A stretch of 38,337 bases of DNA from Octopus bimaculoides (lineage: Eukaryota), in NCBI RefSeq assembly GCF_001194135.2, contig NC_068983.1, positions 63,618,761 through 63,657,097 on the forward strand, in the 5' to 3' direction. A model generated the notes under the pieces. That model was not told where the DNA came from. It was given only the letters and a program-made list of their open reading frames with translations, and searched no databases. The position numbers and the translations under genes are program-made. Below, in pieces: positions 34,951 to 38,337 of the stretch (the first letter of the stretch is position 1; each line of letters begins with the position of its first letter).

Positions 34951-35444
34951 TATACATATATATATATCACAGAGTGAAACAAAAAATTAATATGATAGTA
35001 TATGTGTGTTTTAAATGGCCATCATGACTCTATCTCGTTGCAATTGCCTCAAAATCGACAAACAATCTAAGAACAAATCAATTGCCAAACAATAGAGTCT
35101 TTGATATATATATATATATATATATCACAAAAAATACATGTAGGTTAAGAGTGAAATAATTACAAAATAACATAAAAATATGTGAGTTTGAGAGATATAA
35201 TATAAAATAAGAAAATTATATGTCAGTTTGGGTGAAACAACCACAAAATAACAAAATAACAGTGAAATTTGTTTGAATGAAATAACATAAAGCAGAATAA
35301 AAAAATAATTTGAGACAGAATTTTTTTTTATATATTTAGAACAATCGAATCACAATAATAAATATTTTGAAAATTGTATGGTCTCGAGATTTTTTTTTCG
35401 TAGGATATCATTTTTATAATGTTTTTGTAAATATTCGATCTAAC

Positions 35445-35720
35445 AATAATGCTGATGGTGGTGATGCGGGTAGTGGTTTTTATTTGTGGTGATAGTAGTG
35501 AATTTTGCTGTTATTTGAGTTAGTTTTGAAGGTGATAGAAGTACATTTGTTAGTGATTTGGGCGGTAGTAGAAGAGGCGCTTGTGATGTTATTGTGTTGG
35601 CGGTAGCAGTGATAGCGTTTGTGATTATAATGGTTGTTATATTTTTGACTTTTGACTTCCTGGTCTTGGTGGTGCATTGGCAATGATAGTAAATATCATT
35701 GGTGTTCATGATTGTAGAAT
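35445..35720. repeat. Degenerate GGT/GAT/GTA trinucleotide low-complexity tract
   Basis: Directly visible; explains the Thr/His-rich antisense ORFs. Confidence 0.75.
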
Positions 35721-35759
35721 TCATGTTATTGCTTGAATTATGTCGATATTATTTAGTTC

Positions 35760-35940
35760 CAGGTTAATCCTGATCGAGCAGACCTATGATCAATGGTAAT
35801 TCAACTGTGACCATCTCATTTTACTTTTTATTGATAGTATGCATAAAAATAATATATCCGTGTACTTTCTAAATAAATGGGTAATGTGTTATTTGAGGGA
35901 AATTGATTGTTATTTTTTACAGGGTAAACGACAAAATGAA
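35760..35940 (-). repeat. Dispersed repeat family D
   Basis: tgatcgagcagacctatgatc..tgtgaccatctcatt..atttgaggga; reverse-similar to 21997-22160. Confidence 0.5.
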
Positions 35941-36053
35941 GGCTTCTTTCTTGTCTTATGAGGGTTTTAAATTGTCTAACCTAATTCAGCATTGACCTTG
36001 CATATTAAAGGCACAATAGATATGAGTTATTGGTCTTTCTACCCCCAGATATA

Positions 36054-37338
36054 TTGGGTTAGTAACTAAGTTCCCGCCGTTTTTTTTTTAATTTAATTTT
36101 TTTAAATGGTTTAATAAAAAATAACAACTAATTAATCAATAATGCATTCACTCTTGTTGTTTACAACTTCTTTCCAACGTTCAATAAGATTTTCAATACC
36201 GCGTTGATAGAAATCACCCGATTTCGACTCGAAAAATTGATCCAACCAAGCTCTCAATTCTGCATCAATATTGAACGAAACTCCGCGCATAGCATTTGAA
36301 AAAGATCGAAAGAGTCGGAAATCCGTTGGTGCCAAACCAGGAGAGTACGGCGAGTGTGGCAGCACTTTCCAGCCATGCGTTTGAGTGGCTTCCTTGGTCA
36401 TATTGGCGATATGAAGGCGGGCGTTCTCGTGAAGTAGAACTCCATGCTGCCGAATAGGTCTTTTCTCATGAATAGCCATGTTGAGTCATTCCATCTGTTG
36501 AACAGTTCTGCGTTGACCGCTTGGTTCCCTTCAAGGAATTCGTAATGGATAATCCCTTCCTAGTCCCACCATACGCACAACATCATTTTACGCGGATGAA
36601 GGTCTTGTTTCACGCGCGGTGTCGCTTGTTTACCGGGACTAAGCCATTCCTTACGCTGCTTCATATTGATGAACAGGTACCATTTTTCGTCGCCAGTAAC
36701 GATTCGGCAAAGAAATCGTTGCTTCCGTCCAAGAGTTGACCGGTGACGTGTAAGCAAACTAGCGGAGATTGTGGTTCGTTGATTTTTGTTGTTGTCACGT
36801 AAAGCATACGAAACACATGCTCCATACTTCTGAACCTTTCCCATCGAGTGAAGATGCTTATCTATTGAAGTGTGGGGGCATTCCATTTTCTCTGCCAGTT
36901 CCCTTGTCGTTTGACGAGAATTTTCGTGCAAAAGTTGGTTTAATCGCTCTTCATCGAACTCAACTGGACGGCCAGAACGAGGTGCGTCTTTGAGGTCAAA
37001 ATTTCTATTTTTAATACCTGGTATACCAATCACGAGCGGTTTTTCAGCTATGGCCGCCTCTTGATACACAGCACAAATGTCGCGAGCAGCTTTTACGACC
37101 TTAGAAACTTGATTAAAAGCAAAAAGGTGTCGAAAATGCTCGTTTTCTTAACTTAACATTCCATCTTAATGATCTGAAAATAAACAAAAAGGAACAAGAA
37201 AAAAAAGAAACAAAATAGATTCCAAAATAATTCCCAAAATAGAGTTCCTGAAAAAAATAGATTCAAAAATTTAGAAACACAATAAATTTCAAAATTAAAA
37301 AAAAAAAAGAAACGACGGGAACTTAGTTGCCAACCCAA
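36054..37338 (-). mobile_element. Full-length (1285 bp) mariner element, DD34D type, inactive
   Basis: About 30-bp TIRs TTGGGTT(A/G)G(T/C)AACTAAGTTCCCG(C/T)CGTTT; TA at 36052-36053, right flank TT; transposase inside. Confidence 0.95.
36132..37164 (-). pseudogene. Mariner transposase pseudogene
   Basis: RSGRP, TTRELAEK, TGDEKW, HENAR (second D mutated to E), YSPGLAPTD with 34-residue spacing; stops at 37153-37155 and 36560-36562 plus frameshifts. Confidence 0.95.
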
Positions 37339-37669
37339 TTAACTAGTACAAACTTTTCTTTCTTTCGTAGGACAATAAGGTGTTTTCTGAAGGCTGTATC
37401 ACTACTATTTCTCGCAACTCAGGTGACAGTGTTCAGGCTCCCGTGTTGTTTTCTTATTTCTGTTGTTGGTGATACTAGGTTTTATAACTGTCGTTGTATC
37501 CATAGTATCGTTGTTGCTTGTTGTGAGAAGCGAAAGTGGTGTGTTAGAGACTGGTTGAGAGCTTCGGTATAGAAAGGACGCCTCTGCTACTGCATTAGCC
37601 AATAGTAATAATGCTCTAAATGGTACTGGCGGAGGCAATGAGGCCGGTGTTGGTGTGTACTTGAGTTGA

Positions 37670-37920
37670 TACTACAACAACAATAACAACAACAAAAACA
37701 GCAACTACTACTACTAGAAATGGTGGTTGTAGTAGCTGTAGTAGTAGTAGTAGTAGCAGTATTTTTCGTCGTAGAAGTAGTTGCTGTAGTAGTAGTAGGT
37801 GCAGTAGTAGTGGTGGTGGTGGTTGTCATGATAGTGTTTTTTTGTGTTTTGGGGTTGATATTAGTTGTAGTGGGGATGGTGATGGTGATGGTTGTATTGG
37901 TTGTAGTGGTTGCCTTGTCA
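37670..37920. repeat. (ACA)n/(GTA)n/(GGT)n trinucleotide cluster
   Basis: Directly visible; explains the poly-Val and poly-Thr ORFs. Confidence 0.92.
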
Positions 37921-38337
37921 TTACATAATACCAGCAGTGGTGGTGAGGGTATTCATTGTATTCTTAGCGTCGATGTTAGTGGCATTAGTCGTATTCTACT
38001 AATGGAGGTAACGGTTTTTCTTCATGTTAGTTTTTGAAGAATATTGGTATCGACGCTGGCAATCAACTTGTTCTTTTTCCATGTATTATTGTTGATATTT
38101 AACTACACACCAAACTTGGACGTGCGGATCTATGATGAAAAGCATTCCAGATTTTACGATTTCATATCTGTTCTTGGCTTTCAGTTTCCGAATGTCATTG
38201 GTGGACCTAATATCCTGGCTGCAAGGATTTATATGTGTGATGAGGCTTCCTCCAGCGACCTGCGCTATCCACACCTACCGGAAGATTATTAAGAATCTGA
38301 AATGCTCTGTGTTGGTATATAAATATATATATATATA

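Noticed and set aside
37587-38037. Thr-rich mucin-like and Val-rich membrane-like ORFs
   Set aside because: Translations of trinucleotide microsatellites on both strands.

Overview
AT-rich, microsatellite-dense eukaryotic DNA with six N-gaps. The SINE motifs look cephalopod (Octopus-like); this is inferred from recalled repeat motifs, not from a search. No intact protein-coding gene can be demonstrated, and almost all listed ORFs are microsatellite, gap or antisense artefacts. The window is mostly transposon relics: a Penelope-like (PLE) RT fragment, two RTE-type LINE fragments, an R4/Dong-type RLE LINE, a gag-knuckle ORF1-only element, a full-length dead mariner, two other Tc1/mariner relics, a hAT-like end and several SINE-like families. 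The most notable signal is a set of minimal hammerhead-ribozyme motifs. One is well formed at 21233-21278, one is degenerate at 19354-19413, and two lie in opposite arms of a 331-bp TA-flanked foldback element (26468-26798). A shorter relative of that element without the motif sits at 4306-4470. A few splice-flanked open segments hint at a host gene on the + strand, at low confidence.
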